A DNA stretch of 64,000 bases from a candidate division WOR-3 bacterium (GTDB taxonomy: Bacteria > Hydrothermota > Hydrothermia > LBFQ01): NCBI GenBank assembly GCA_027003075.1, contig JALWYV010000001.1, positions 24,128-88,127 of the forward strand, given 5' to 3'. Positions 1 to 9,708 of this stretch are shown here, one piece after another. The notes beneath the pieces were generated by a model that ran no database searches, had not been told where the DNA came from, and saw only the letters and a program-made list of their open reading frames with translations. The number at the start of each line of letters is the position of its first letter. Position 1 is the first letter of the stretch. The position numbers were made by a program, and so were the translations under genes.

Positions 1-100
1 TTCAAAGCAAACGGGTGAACCGATAAAGAGGGAGAAGCACCCGATCCTCGGTGAGTACCTTCGCACCGGCAAAGTCTCCGGTTTCTGGGGGGATATATTC

Positions 101-1660
101 ATGAGCGTTAGCATGAAGGACGTGAGGAAGGGGGAAATGAAGATAGAGGAGAACGATCCTCCGGAAATAAAGGCGAAGAAGAGAGAGAAGAGAAGAAAGG
201 CCATAGAGGACCTCCTCGGACTCCTTAAGGAGAGGAAGAGGGGAAGGCAGAATTACCTGAGGGCGCTTCTCAAGTACCTGAAGCCGGACGTGGTGGTTGA
301 CACCGTGAACACGGCTACGGCCATAGCCTACAGGAACATCTTCGGAGTTATAAACGAAGCGTACGCCCTCCTCAAATCCGACGGGGAGACGACCGACATA
401 GAACCTGATGATAAACTTGAGACGCTTGAAATCCTGATAGAGGACCTCCTCCTCACGCTGAACATCCCTATCCTCCTGACCCACGCCATGAACCTCCAGA
501 GAGGGCTTAAGGAGGCCGGTACGAAGATATACGTGAAGGTGGGTACTACGGGTACCGGTGGCATGGGATGGAACATACCCTACACCCACGGGGAAGATAA
601 ACCCTCAAAGGTCCTGCTTGACAAATCGGCCATAGCAGGAGCATCTACCCTCCTGTACGTCCTTATGAACCGGGACGACTCCCATACCGTTGTCAAGGAG
701 ATAAAGCCGGCGGCCATGATAGGCTGGAAGGCCATAGGGAGGGGTGAGATAAGGAAAGGGGGTAAACCCATAGCCCTTAAGATGCCCATTGGAGTTTCCC
801 TCGGAGCCGGTGAGATACCGAAAGTAAAGGAAGGGGATACCAAAGACACCGGCGAGATCCTTGAGACCGCCTACGTAGACACAGGAGAGAACGGTCTCTT
901 CTCTCTTGAGGAGTTCAGGGCGATAACGGACCTTGAGCAGATGGAGATGGTGACACCGGAGGACATAGCAGAGGTGATATTCCTTGAGATAATGGGTAAG
1001 AATACCGGGAAAGACGTAGTCGGAGCCGTGGAAGGTTCAATAATGGGTCCCTCCTACCGTGGTGGGTTCATAAGGGAAGACGCCATAAAGCTCCTTGAGA
1101 AGTACGAGAAGGCCTCGCCCATGCCCAGCGTGGCCTTTGAGATACTCGGGCCTCCCCGCCTCTCCAAACTCCTGTTTGAGGCCCACGTACTTAAGGAGAC
1201 GTTCGGTAAGCTTTCTGCTCTGGCCGAAGCCTCACCCGAGGAGATCTCCCGGAAGATGTGGGAGAAGTTGAAGGGAGACCGGAAGTTGATGTCCTACGTA
1301 ACCTCCGTTGGCATAGGCGTACTTTCTCCCGACGGTAAACTGTACTACACCGAAAACCTGAAGGTACCTGAGCCTCCGGTACACGGGTTTACGGAGGAGG
1401 AGGTTGAGGACTGGGCGCGGAAGGGATGGGTGGATACGCGTGAGGAGAACGCCCGAAGGTGGAAGTACAGGGCCATGATGTACCTTGAGGAGCTCCACAG
1501 GAAGCACAGGGAACTGAAGCGTCTCTCCGGAGCCTCCGTACACGATCGCATAGGCATAAACCCGAGGAATCTCAACGTGGACGACCGCATTATCCCGGGG
1601 GACATCGTCCGCTGGATATTCATCCACGAGGACAAGGGTAGGCGTACGAGACCCTATTAA
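101..1660 (+). CDS. hypothetical protein (519 aa), Lys/Glu-rich N-terminus, Gly-rich 'VGTTGTGGMGW' motif; no family recognised
   Basis: Long ORF whose codon usage matches its neighbours. It displaces the overlapping antisense ORFs. I have no confident homology. Confidence 0.5.
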   Translation: MSVSMKDVRKGEMKIEENDPPEIKAKKREKRRKAIEDLLGLLKERKRGRQNYLRALLKYLKPDVVVDTVNTATAIAYRNIFGVINEAYALLKSDGETTDIEPDDKLETLEILIEDLLLTLNIPILLTHAMNLQRGLKEAGTKIYVKVGTTGTGGMGWNIPYTHGEDKPSKVLLDKSAIAGASTLLYVLMNRDDSHTVVKEIKPAAMIGWKAIGRGEIRKGGKPIALKMPIGVSLGAGEIPKVKEGDTKDTGEILETAYVDTGENGLFSLEEFRAITDLEQMEMVTPEDIAEVIFLEIMGKNTGKDVVGAVEGSIMGPSYRGGFIREDAIKLLEKYEKASPMPSVAFEILGPPRLSKLLFEAHVLKETFGKLSALAEASPEEISRKMWEKLKGDRKLMSYVTSVGIGVLSPDGKLYYTENLKVPEPPVHGFTEEEVEDWARKGWVDTREENARRWKYRAMMYLEELHRKHRELKRLSGASVHDRIGINPRNLNVDDRIIPGDIVRWIFIHEDKGRRTRPY

Positions 1661-1678
1661 CGGGAGTAGAATACCGAT

Positions 1679-2287
1679 ATGATCCTCCTTCTGGTCTCTC
1701 AATACGACTGGGAAGCGGAAGAGTACTACTACGAGGAGATCAGGCGCAAGGGTAAGTACGTCCTCTTCGGCGCCGGCTACGGCATGTTCACGTCCAGAGA
1801 TAAGCCTCAGGTAGCCCTCGGATATCTGGGGATAAGGACAACCCGACTTGAGGATCCCCGCGCCTACTTCACCTTCCTCGCCGGGGGAGGCTACTCCTTC
1901 ACCCACGATCTGATAGTGGGAAGCGGTGGGTTCCTCTACGAAAGGCGCACCCAGAGGTTCGGCGGACGGATAGCCTTCCACCTCGGCATAGGACTCGTGG
2001 CATCTTATTACTCCTGGCAGGAGGGATCCTCCCCCCTCGCGGACACCGGCGTGGACGTAACGAACTCCGTGGGTCTGGACTTCCCGATAAGGGGGGCGGT
2101 GAGCCTCCGCTTCGGCTCCTTTGAGTTCATACCCGAGGTGCAGGCCGTGCCTTTCGTGGATACGAAGTTCAACAAGGCCTTCTCCGTAAGGGGAGTGCTG
2201 TACGTACTGTACGGTCAGGAGTCGGAGTCGGAGTTCTTTGAGGCAAAACGGAAGGAAAAGGAGCGAAAGTACAAGAAATTGAAGTGA
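1679..2287 (+). CDS. hypothetical protein (202 aa), Tyr/Gly-rich, possibly beta-rich with a Lys-rich tail
   Basis: The ORF fits the gap between neighbouring genes and overlaps the next gene by 4 nt. No recognisable domain. Confidence 0.35.
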   Translation: MILLLVSQYDWEAEEYYYEEIRRKGKYVLFGAGYGMFTSRDKPQVALGYLGIRTTRLEDPRAYFTFLAGGGYSFTHDLIVGSGGFLYERRTQRFGGRIAFHLGIGLVASYYSWQEGSSPLADTGVDVTNSVGLDFPIRGAVSLRFGSFEFIPEVQAVPFVDTKFNKAFSVRGVLYVLYGQESESEFFEAKRKEKERKYKKLK

Positions 2288-3072
2288 ATCTTCCTAAAAA
2301 CTTCCTGACCCTCCTGCCACCACCGGCGGAGTGGTCCGATGAGAGGGTTGAGGAGTACATGGATGTAGCTGTAAAGTCCATCAGGAAACTGGGAAATGCC
2401 ACAGTTAACGTGCCTGAGGTCGTACCCTACGGCAGAAAGGAGGACAGACCCCTGCCCTTCCGTCCTAAGATGGACCTCCTCAGATTTGCCCGGATGTTGA
2501 AGGGAAGAGGCCTTGAGGTGTACACCGACCGCTACGCACCCCTGATGGAGAGGGAGGAGTTCCTGCGCTTTTTGAGGGAGGCCGTCGCCGTAGTTGACGG
2601 CGTGGTGGTAGTGGGGAGCGTGAGTTCAAGGATGGAGAACCCCGGATACACCGCCGTTGAGGGTATAAAACTGGCCAGAGAGTACTTTGAGAGCGTGGGT
2701 GCCATAACCGTATTTGAGAGGGATGGGGAGGTGGAGAGGGTATGCGAAAAGGCGAGAGCGGGAGCGACCTTCTTCCTGTCCCAGATAACCTTCTATCCAG
2801 AACGTGTGAGAGCCTTTCTATCCTCCCTGAGATCGGAGTGTGAGAGGAGGGGGATGGCCCTTCCCAGAGTTTACGTCAGCGTCGCCCCCGTCTATGGCGA
2901 GAAGGACAGGGAACTCCTTAGATGGATGGAAGTGGACGTCCCCCCTACCCCTCCGAACCTCATAACCCTCGTACGGGAGGTAAAAAAAGTACCCGGAGTT
3001 GCAGGTATAAACTACGAACATCTGAGGTACTCCAACCTACCCGTGCTGTACGACCTTGACCTTCCGGCGTAG
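2284..3072 (+). CDS. methylenetetrahydrofolate reductase-like (MetF-family-like) protein
   Basis: The C-terminal half is patterned like MetF ('ATFFLSQITFYP' ~ 'AITQFFFD'; 'GINYEHL' ~ 'DFHFYTLN'). The N-terminus has a 'LTLLPPP' segment like the MetF 'FEFFPPRT' segment. The match is weak and from memory only. Confidence 0.45.
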   Translation: MNLPKNFLTLLPPPAEWSDERVEEYMDVAVKSIRKLGNATVNVPEVVPYGRKEDRPLPFRPKMDLLRFARMLKGRGLEVYTDRYAPLMEREEFLRFLREAVAVVDGVVVVGSVSSRMENPGYTAVEGIKLAREYFESVGAITVFERDGEVERVCEKARAGATFFLSQITFYPERVRAFLSSLRSECERRGMALPRVYVSVAPVYGEKDRELLRWMEVDVPPTPPNLITLVREVKKVPGVAGINYEHLRYSNLPVLYDLDLPA

Positions 3073-3495
3073 GGTCTCCCTAAGGTTGGACTCCTGAATT
3101 ATGGACTCTATGGTTATGTCGGAGAGGATATCCTTTATCTTCGCCTGAACCCTGTTCCAGACGCTCCGGAGGACGCAGTCCGTAGCCGGCACGAAACACT
3201 CCTCCTCCCCTCCCGGTGTGAGACACTTTACCAGACCGTACTTCCCCTCAACGGCCTCTATCACGTCCAAAACGGTTATCTCGTAGGGCGGGAGGGCGAG
3301 CATGTACCCGCCCTTCTTACCCCTTATGCTCCGGACGAACCCCTTCCTCCTCAGCCTGACGAGGATCTGCTCAAGGAAGTTGGGGGGTATCCTCTCGGCC
3401 TTGGAGATCTGGGGTACGCTCATGGGCTCCTCGCTCAGGCCGAGTCTTACGAGGGCCTTCAGGGCGTACTCCACCTTTAGCGTAAACTTTAACAA
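3037..3495 (-). CDS. Rrf2-family transcriptional regulator (IscR/NsrR-like)
   Basis: Has the 'KVEYALKALVRL' N-terminal helix-turn-helix signature of Rrf2 proteins and is ~150 aa. Uses a TTG start. Confidence 0.8.
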   Translation of the reverse strand: MLKFTLKVEYALKALVRLGLSEEPMSVPQISKAERIPPNFLEQILVRLRRKGFVRSIRGKKGGYMLALPPYEITVLDVIEAVEGKYGLVKCLTPGGEEECFVPATDCVLRSVWNRVQAKIKDILSDITIESIIQESNLRETLRRKVKVVQHG

Positions 3496-3497
3496 AG

Positions 3498-3572
3498 AGG
3501 TGGCGCGGGGATTCGAACCCCGGAATAGCGGTTTTGCAAACCGCCGCCTTGGACCGCTTGGCTACGCCACCC
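3498..3572 (-). tRNA. tRNA-Cys (GCA)
   Basis: On the minus strand the sequence reads GGTGGCG...TTCGAATCC...CGCCACC. It folds into a cloverleaf with a 7-bp acceptor stem, a GGTTCGAATCC T-loop and an anticodon loop TT-GCA-AA. The CCA end is not encoded. Confidence 0.85.
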
Positions 3573-3586
3573 CGTAGGGACGGATA

Positions 3587-3937
3587 TTATAAAGGGGACG
3601 GATTTACTTCTTCCACCTTCTTCCAGTCAACGGGAGGGTGTCCCCTGAGATCGGCGAGTTTCTCCTTACCTATGAAGATCCAGATTCCAGCGGGGAACCT
3701 GTCCTTGTTCAGTCGGTAGAGTTCCCTCAGTTTCCGTTTTATCCTGTTCCGCCTCACAGCCCTTCTTACCCTTCTCTCCACAGCAAAAAGCACCTTCCTT
3801 TCGTTATGCGGAGCATACCTCAGGACGAAGTAGTCCGTTGATAGGACGGTACGGGAGTTCTTAAAGGCGTACCTTATCTCGTCCCTCCTACGGAGGATCT
3901 CCCCCTTCTTCAGGGTGTACCTACCTCCCATCCTCAA
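3587..3937 (-). CDS. rnpA: ribonuclease P protein component
   Basis: ~116 aa basic protein with the 'RNRIKRKLRELYR' RnpA signature. Confidence 0.75.
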   Translation of the reverse strand: MRMGGRYTLKKGEILRRRDEIRYAFKNSRTVLSTDYFVLRYAPHNERKVLFAVERRVRRAVRRNRIKRKLRELYRLNKDRFPAGIWIFIGKEKLADLRGHPPVDWKKVEEVNPSPL

Positions 3938-4199
3938 CGCCGAAGGCCTTAAGCAGAAGCCTCCTGCGGTTTTCTCTGTTCTCCGGGAGGTCTATACCGG
4001 CGAGGGTTTCCCTAGCAACGTCCTTTATCCCGTCCACCTCAACACCGACCAGAGCATCTTTGAGGGTGTCGGCGAGGGATCTGAGGGTCTTGCACCTCGC
4101 AGCCGTGTACTCCACCTCCTTCACCTTCCCGTTCTCAACGCCGAGGACGAACTTAACACGGAGCCACCCGTCCTTCGCCTGAAAGGTGAGTTGTTCCAT
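3921..4199 (-). CDS. hypothetical small protein (92 aa)
   Basis: The ORF sits between pnp and rnpA and overlaps the rnpA start by 17 nt. No recognised domain. Confidence 0.4.
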   Translation of the reverse strand: MEQLTFQAKDGWLRVKFVLGVENGKVKEVEYTAARCKTLRSLADTLKDALVGVEVDGIKDVARETLAGIDLPENRENRRRLLLKAFGVEDGR

Positions 4200-4202
4200 G
4201 GA

Positions 4203-6368
4203 CTAACCCCGCCTTCCGCCCCGGTTATCGTTCCTGTTGTTCTTTGCCGGGCCTCTGGAGAGTCTGGACACCCCCTTCATGGCCTGCTTCCGGGAGACCT
4301 TGACCCGGCCGAGATCGTCCACGTCTATGACCTTTACCAGTATCTTGTCTCCGATCTTAACCTGTCTCCTGAGCTCCTCCGGCGTGGTGCGTCTGAAGTC
4401 GTACTCCGATATGTGAAGCAGGGCGTCCTTCTTGCCTATGCGCACAAATACGCCGTAAGGCTCTATACGGAAGACCTCACCCATATAGGTCTTCCCGACC
4501 TCAAGGTCGGCCGTGATCTCCTCTATCAGGTCCTTCGCCTTCTGAACGTCCTCGTAGGTCTTACCGTAGATGAATACCGTACCCGTCTCGTCGTCTATAT
4601 CTATCTTGGTGTTCGTCTGGCCGATTATGGACCTTATCACACGTCCACCGGGCCCTATTACCTCCCCCACCTTGGAAGGGTCTATCTTCAGGGTTACGAC
4701 CTTGGGAGCGTACTCGGAGACCTTCTCCCGCGGTCTGGATATTACCCCGTTCATGAAGTCCAGAATCTTCATGCGGACCTCTTTTGCCCTGTTGAGGGCG
4801 TCCTCTATCATACCGAGGGTGAGTCCGTCTATCTTCAGGTCCAGCTGTATGGCCGTTATACCCTTTGTGGTACCGGCCACCTTGAAGTCCATGTCCCCGA
4901 AGAAGTCCTCCATCCCCTGTATGTCCGTAAGGAGCCTGTACTGGCTCTTATCGTCGGATGTGATCAGACCTATGGATATCCCCGCCACGTGTTCCCTTAT
5001 AGGTACGCCGGCGTCCATCAGGGAGAGGGAGCCACCGCAAACGCTCGCCATGGAAGTGGAACCGTTGGAGGAGAGTATGTCCGAGACCACCCTTACGGTA
5101 TATGGGAAGGTATCCTCGTCGGGTATTAGAGGCTCAAGGGCCCTTTCGGCGAGGTTTCCGTGTCCTATCTCGCGACGCCCCGGCCCCCTCATGGGCCTGA
5201 CCTCTCCAACGGAGAAAGGCGGGAAGTTGTAGTGGAGCATGAACCTCTTGAACTCCTCCACGTCCAGCTCAGTCATCATCTGCATATCCTCGTGGGTACC
5301 GAGGGTGGTGGAGACGAGCGCGAGAGTCTCGCCGCGGCTGAAGATGGCCGACCCGTGTACCCTCGGAAGCACGCCTATCTCCGCGGATAACGGTCTTATC
5401 TCGTCTAAAGCCCTGCCGTCTATACGGCGATCGTTCTCAAGGACGTACCTGCGGAGGGTTTCCTTTTGTAGGTTGTAAAGGATATCGTTTATCTCCACCT
5501 CGCTGTCGGGGTACTTCTCGGAGAGGGCCTCTATCACCTCTTCCTTGAGCCTGTCAAGGGCCTCGTTCCTCTCCCCTTTCGTCCCGGAGAGCATCGCATC
5601 AAGGAGACGATCCTTGACTAAGGCCACGACATCGTCCTTCAGCCCCTCCGGATAGGTCAGGAGGGTGGGTTCAAACTTCTCCTTACCGAAGTGTTCCCTC
5701 AGCTCCTCCTGAACGTTGGCTATCAGCTCTATCGGTTCACGGGCAACCTCAAGGGCCTCAAGGAGAACCGACTCCGGTACCTCCTTCCCCCCCAGCTCTA
5801 TCATGTGGAACTTCCCTCCGGGCGTGCCGGCCACGAGCAGGTCAAACTCCCCCTCCTCCACCTCATCGTTCGTCGGGAAGAGGATGAACTGACCGTCCTT
5901 ACGGGTCATCCTGACCGCCCCTATGGGTCCGTTGAAGGGTATCTCGGAGAGGGTGAGGGCGACCGATGAGGCTATGGCACCGAGGAAGTTGCCCTCGTAC
6001 TCCATGTCGTAGGATATGAGCATAACGGCCAGCTCAACGTCGTCCGTCATACCCTTGGGGAAGAGGGGCCTCAGGGAACGGTCTATCGCCCTGCCGTAGA
6101 CGATCTCCTTCTCCCTCGGCTTTCCCTCACGGCGGAAGAAACCTCCGGGTATCTTTCCGGCTGCGAAGGACTCCTCCCTGTACTCCACAAGGAGAGGTAG
6201 AAAGTCCCGCTTGTTCCTGGGATCGGCCTTCCTGTACGTGGCGGCGGCCAGCACGACCGTGTCCCCCATCCTGACGAGGGCGGACCCCGCCGCCTGCTTC
6301 GCCCAGTGATCCGCCGGTTCTATGACGAGCGTCCGCCCGTTGAAGTTTAACTCGTACTTCTTCCGCAT
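4203..6368 (-). CDS. pnp: polyribonucleotide nucleotidyltransferase (PNPase)
   Basis: 721 aa with tandem RNase PH-like domains, a KH domain, an S1 domain ('GKTYMGEVFRIEPYGVFV') and a basic tail. It lies immediately downstream of rpsO, the canonical gene order. Confidence 0.95.
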   Translation of the reverse strand: MRKKYELNFNGRTLVIEPADHWAKQAAGSALVRMGDTVVLAAATYRKADPRNKRDFLPLLVEYREESFAAGKIPGGFFRREGKPREKEIVYGRAIDRSLRPLFPKGMTDDVELAVMLISYDMEYEGNFLGAIASSVALTLSEIPFNGPIGAVRMTRKDGQFILFPTNDEVEEGEFDLLVAGTPGGKFHMIELGGKEVPESVLLEALEVAREPIELIANVQEELREHFGKEKFEPTLLTYPEGLKDDVVALVKDRLLDAMLSGTKGERNEALDRLKEEVIEALSEKYPDSEVEINDILYNLQKETLRRYVLENDRRIDGRALDEIRPLSAEIGVLPRVHGSAIFSRGETLALVSTTLGTHEDMQMMTELDVEEFKRFMLHYNFPPFSVGEVRPMRGPGRREIGHGNLAERALEPLIPDEDTFPYTVRVVSDILSSNGSTSMASVCGGSLSLMDAGVPIREHVAGISIGLITSDDKSQYRLLTDIQGMEDFFGDMDFKVAGTTKGITAIQLDLKIDGLTLGMIEDALNRAKEVRMKILDFMNGVISRPREKVSEYAPKVVTLKIDPSKVGEVIGPGGRVIRSIIGQTNTKIDIDDETGTVFIYGKTYEDVQKAKDLIEEITADLEVGKTYMGEVFRIEPYGVFVRIGKKDALLHISEYDFRRTTPEELRRQVKIGDKILVKVIDVDDLGRVKVSRKQAMKGVSRLSRGPAKNNRNDNRGGRRG

Positions 6369-6372
6369 ACTG

Positions 6373-6645
6373 CTACTTCACATCCCTGAGGCCGAGGGCC
6401 TTTATCACCCTCACGTAGGTCCTGTAATCCGTACGTTTGAGGTATCGCATCAGTTTCTTACGCCTCTCAACCAGCTTAAGGAGGCCATAGCGGGTATGGA
6501 CGTCCTTTCTGTGGCGCTTAACGTGCTCCGTGAGGTGTTTTATCCTCTGCGTCAAGAGGGCTATCTGCACCTCAGGGGAACCCGTGTCCTTCTCGTGCCT
6601 CATGAAGTTCTTCGCTACATCTTCCTTCTCGGGCCTGAAAACCAT
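6373..6645 (-). CDS. rpsO: 30S ribosomal protein S15
   Basis: 90 aa with 'GSPEVQIALLTQRIKHLTEHVKRHRKD', the classic S15 sequence. A TATAAT-like box lies upstream. Confidence 0.95.
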   Translation of the reverse strand: MVFRPEKEDVAKNFMRHEKDTGSPEVQIALLTQRIKHLTEHVKRHRKDVHTRYGLLKLVERRKKLMRYLKRTDYRTYVRVIKALGLRDVK

Positions 6646-6696
6646 AGGCGGGGATTATACTGGTGAAAGGTGAAGTATTTGGGGCAATATATCCGT

Positions 6697-7398
6697 TTAA
6701 ATCATCCCTCCGTCCACAACTATAACCTGCCCCGTGATGTAGGAGGCCCTGTCGGATAGGAGAAAGGCTATAACGGAGGCTACCTCCTCCGGCTTACCGG
6801 GGCGCTTAAGGGCCGTACCTTCCACGTACCTCTTTTTGACCTCCTCCGGCAGGCTCTCGGTCATCTTCGTCTCTATGAAACCGGGGGCCACGGCCACCAC
6901 CCTGACGTTCCGGCTGCCCATCTCCTTGGCGAGGGACTTGGTGAAGGCTATGAGACCGGCCTTTGAGGCGGCGTAGGCCGTCTGCCAGGAGTTCCCCACT
7001 ATGCCAACGACGGAGGAGACGTTAACTATCACCCCACCCCTTTTCATGTACTTCAGAACGGCACGGGAGAAGTGGAAGGCGGCGAACAGGTTGACCCGGA
7101 AGACCTTCTCCAGATCCTCGTCGGATATCCTCAGGAGGGGTTTGTCAAGGGTCATGCCAGCGTTGTTGACGAGGGCGTCTATACGTCCGAACTTATCGTA
7201 CGTCGCCTTAACCACCTCCTTGGCACTCTCCGGTCTGGACACGTCGGCGGCGAGTATAAGGTCCTCCGGAAACTCCTCCTTCAGACTCTCCGGGGGTTTC
7301 CTGCCTACGAGGGTGAGGGACCATCCCTCCTCCTTTAAGGCTCTTGCCGTTGCGAGGCCTATACCTCTCGTTGCACCGGTTATTATGGCTACCTTCAT
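6697..7398 (-). CDS. short-chain dehydrogenase, 3-oxoacyl-ACP reductase-like
   Basis: Has the 'ITGATRGIG' Rossmann motif, an 'NNAG' motif and the 'YAASKAG' catalytic motif of the SDR family. Confidence 0.8.
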   Translation of the reverse strand: MKVAIITGATRGIGLATARALKEEGWSLTLVGRKPPESLKEEFPEDLILAADVSRPESAKEVVKATYDKFGRIDALVNNAGMTLDKPLLRISDEDLEKVFRVNLFAAFHFSRAVLKYMKRGGVIVNVSSVVGIVGNSWQTAYAASKAGLIAFTKSLAKEMGSRNVRVVAVAPGFIETKMTESLPEEVKKRYVEGTALKRPGKPEEVASVIAFLLSDRASYITGQVIVVDGGMI

Positions 7399-7505
7399 GC
7401 CACGATTTTACGGGTGGCCTGCCGTGGGGATAGTTGACGTTGTATTTCGTACTTCCCCCTTACAATTGCCCCTATACCGTGATAACTTTGCTTATAACTG
7501 CGACC

Positions 7506-9461
7506 ATGAACCACTTAAAAGGACAAAAAAGCCCCTACCTGCTTATGCACGCCGACAACCCCGTGGACTGGTATCCGTGGGGAGAGGAGGCCTTTGAGAA
7601 GGCGAAGCGGGAGGATAAACCGATATTCCTGTCCATAGGGTACTCCTCCTGTCACTGGTGCCACGTTATGGAGGAGGAGTCCTTCAGCGACCCGGAGGTC
7701 GCGGAGGTGTTAAACCGGGTCTTCGTAAACGTCAAGGTGGACAGAGAGGAGAGGCCGGACGTGGACCGCAAGTACATGACCTACTGCACCCTAATATCGC
7801 GGAACTGCGGATGGCCCCTAAACGTACTGTTAACACCGGACGGAAGACCCTTCGGTATCTTTACCTACCTCCCGAAACCCGCCCTCATATCCCTCGCTCT
7901 GGAGGTTGAGAGGTTGTGGAGGAACGACCGTGAGAGGATAACGAGAGCCGCGGAGCAGGCCGAGAGTATTTTCAACAGCCTGAAGACCTTTTCCCCCAAG
8001 GCTGAACCTTCCTTCAACGTCGCCCGGAAGGTCTACGGGGACCTGAGAGACAGGTACGACCCCCTCTACGGAGGCTTCGGCACGGCTCCCAAGTTCCCTA
8101 CGGTACACAACGTCCTCTTCCTCCTCCACTACCACGACCTGACGAGCGACGGCACAGCCCTGAGTATGACGACGCACACCCTGACGTCCATGCGCAAGGG
8201 AGGGATATACGACCACGTGGGCTTCGGCTTTCACAGGTACTCCGTGGACAGAGCGTGGAAGGTCCCCCACTTTGAGAAGATGCTCTACGATCAGGCGATG
8301 CTCATCCTCGGATACACGGAGGGCTACGCCCGCACAGGTAAGGACCTATTCAGGAGAACCGTGGAGGAGACGGTAACCTTCCTGAAAAACGAGATGCTAT
8401 CGCCCGAAGGTGCCTTTTACTCTGCCATAGACGCCGACTTCAACGGCGAAGAGGGTGGATACTACGTGTGGTCCTACGGAGAACTGGAGAGCCTGCTCAA
8501 GCCGGAGGAACTGGCCCTTCTGAGGGAATGTTACGACGTAAGGCCCGAAGGGAACTACGAGGGTAAGAACGTCCTCTACGCCATGGAATGCGACGAGTTT
8601 GAGAGGAGGATATCGGAGTTTGAACCAGTAAGGGAGAAACTCCTGAGGGCGAGGAAGCGCCGGGGGGAACCCTTCAAAGACACCAAGGTACTCACCGACT
8701 GGAACGGCCTCACCGTGGCGGCTCTCTCACGGGCGGCCTTCGTTCTGAGCCGAAAGGAGTACGCCGACCTGGCTGAAAGAACGGCAGAGTACGTACTGAA
8801 TCACCTCTACGGTAAAGATGGCCTTCTGCATACGGATAGCGTCCCGGCGACGCTTGAAGATTACGCCTACCTCATATACGGCCTTTTACACCTCCACTAC
8901 GCAACGGGGAGGGAGTCCTATCTAAAGTGGGCCTTTGCCCTTGCGGATGAAGTTGTGGATAGGCTGTGGGACGAAGAACGCGGGGCCTTCGTATCCGACA
9001 GGGTGTCTGACGTGGCCGACATGTACGACGGCGCCCTTCCCTCCGGCAACTCCGTTATGCTGTACGATCTCAAAGTACTGAAAGCGATGGGGGGAAAGTA
9101 CGGGGATAAGGTAAACGCCCTCAGCAGGACCCTCGCCGGATTCGCGGAGAACGTTCCTTCCGGTGCCTCTTTCTCCGCCCTCGCCCTGACGTCTGGCCCG
9201 GGGTACGAGGTGGTGGTCGTGGGTAGCCGTGATCCGTGGAAAGATGAGGTGGTGGCCGTCCTTAGGGAAAACCCCCTACCCGATGCCGTTTATCTGTTCG
9301 TAAGCGGTGAGTGGTCATCCCATCTTTCTCTTTCAAAGGGCAGGGACGCCAGGGATGGCCGTACGACCGTTTACATCTGTAAGGATAGGGTGTGCTACCA
9401 TCCGGTTAATACACCGGATTCTTTACGCACCCTCATCCGCGAGGTTACACGCAAGATCTAA
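7506..9461 (+). CDS. thioredoxin-domain protein of the DUF255/YyaL family (thioredoxin fused to a six-hairpin glycosidase-like domain)
   Basis: '[38 protein letters not shown]' is the DUF255 signature. The track ORF starts at 7434; I place the start at the ATG at 7506. Confidence 0.8.
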   Translation: MNHLKGQKSPYLLMHADNPVDWYPWGEEAFEKAKREDKPIFLSIGYSSCHWCHVMEEESFSDPEVAEVLNRVFVNVKVDREERPDVDRKYMTYCTLISRNCGWPLNVLLTPDGRPFGIFTYLPKPALISLALEVERLWRNDRERITRAAEQAESIFNSLKTFSPKAEPSFNVARKVYGDLRDRYDPLYGGFGTAPKFPTVHNVLFLLHYHDLTSDGTALSMTTHTLTSMRKGGIYDHVGFGFHRYSVDRAWKVPHFEKMLYDQAMLILGYTEGYARTGKDLFRRTVEETVTFLKNEMLSPEGAFYSAIDADFNGEEGGYYVWSYGELESLLKPEELALLRECYDVRPEGNYEGKNVLYAMECDEFERRISEFEPVREKLLRARKRRGEPFKDTKVLTDWNGLTVAALSRAAFVLSRKEYADLAERTAEYVLNHLYGKDGLLHTDSVPATLEDYAYLIYGLLHLHYATGRESYLKWAFALADEVVDRLWDEERGAFVSDRVSDVADMYDGALPSGNSVMLYDLKVLKAMGGKYGDKVNALSRTLAGFAENVPSGASFSALALTSGPGYEVVVVGSRDPWKDEVVAVLRENPLPDAVYLFVSGEWSSHLSLSKGRDARDGRTTVYICKDRVCYHPVNTPDSLRTLIREVTRKI

Positions 9462-9572
9462 CCTTCTGGGAAAGGATACGGTTAAACGAATTAAAATTGT
9501 TATACAGGTCTGCAAACGGTTCTCATTACCACTTGCAAAGGGAGTTTTTTGCCTTTATAGAATATACGCCTT

Positions 9573-9704
9573 ATGATGGAGAACAGGGATCTCAAAGACT
9601 TCAAGCCGAAGGGGGCGGTGGCCTTCTTCATCGCCATGATCCTGATGTACGCGGTTATGTGGTTCGCGATATACGCCCTTCTGATAATCTCAAGAGGAGG
9701 TTAA
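9573..9704 (+). CDS. cbaD: ba3-type cytochrome c oxidase subunit IIa (43 aa, single transmembrane helix)
   Basis: Small ORF 'MMENRDLKDFKPKGAVAFFIAMILMYAVMWFAIYALLIISRGG' ending 5 nt before the cbaB ATG. It resembles Thermus ba3 subunit IIa (…EEKPKGALAVILVLTLTILVFWLGVYAVFFARG). Too short to appear in the ORF track. Confidence 0.6.
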   Translation: MMENRDLKDFKPKGAVAFFIAMILMYAVMWFAIYALLIISRGG

Positions 9705-9708
9705 AGCC

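Noticed and set aside
3302-3719. Two plus-strand ORFs (3302-3577 and 3534-3719) overlapping the tRNA-Cys and rnpA
   Set aside because: They overlap a clear tRNA and the antisense strand of rnpA and the Rrf2 gene. They are spurious.
3915-5129. 404-aa ORF on the plus strand across the pnp region, and similar long antisense ORFs (1232-1981, 29273-29947, 43453-44661, 36032-36622, 56901-57677, 61541-62395)
   Set aside because: Each lies entirely antisense to a strongly supported conserved gene (pnp, the 519-aa ORF, infB, hsdR, yceI, the serA-like gene, gyrB). Their compositions are low-complexity and Arg/Gly/Pro-rich, typical of GC-rich antisense frames.
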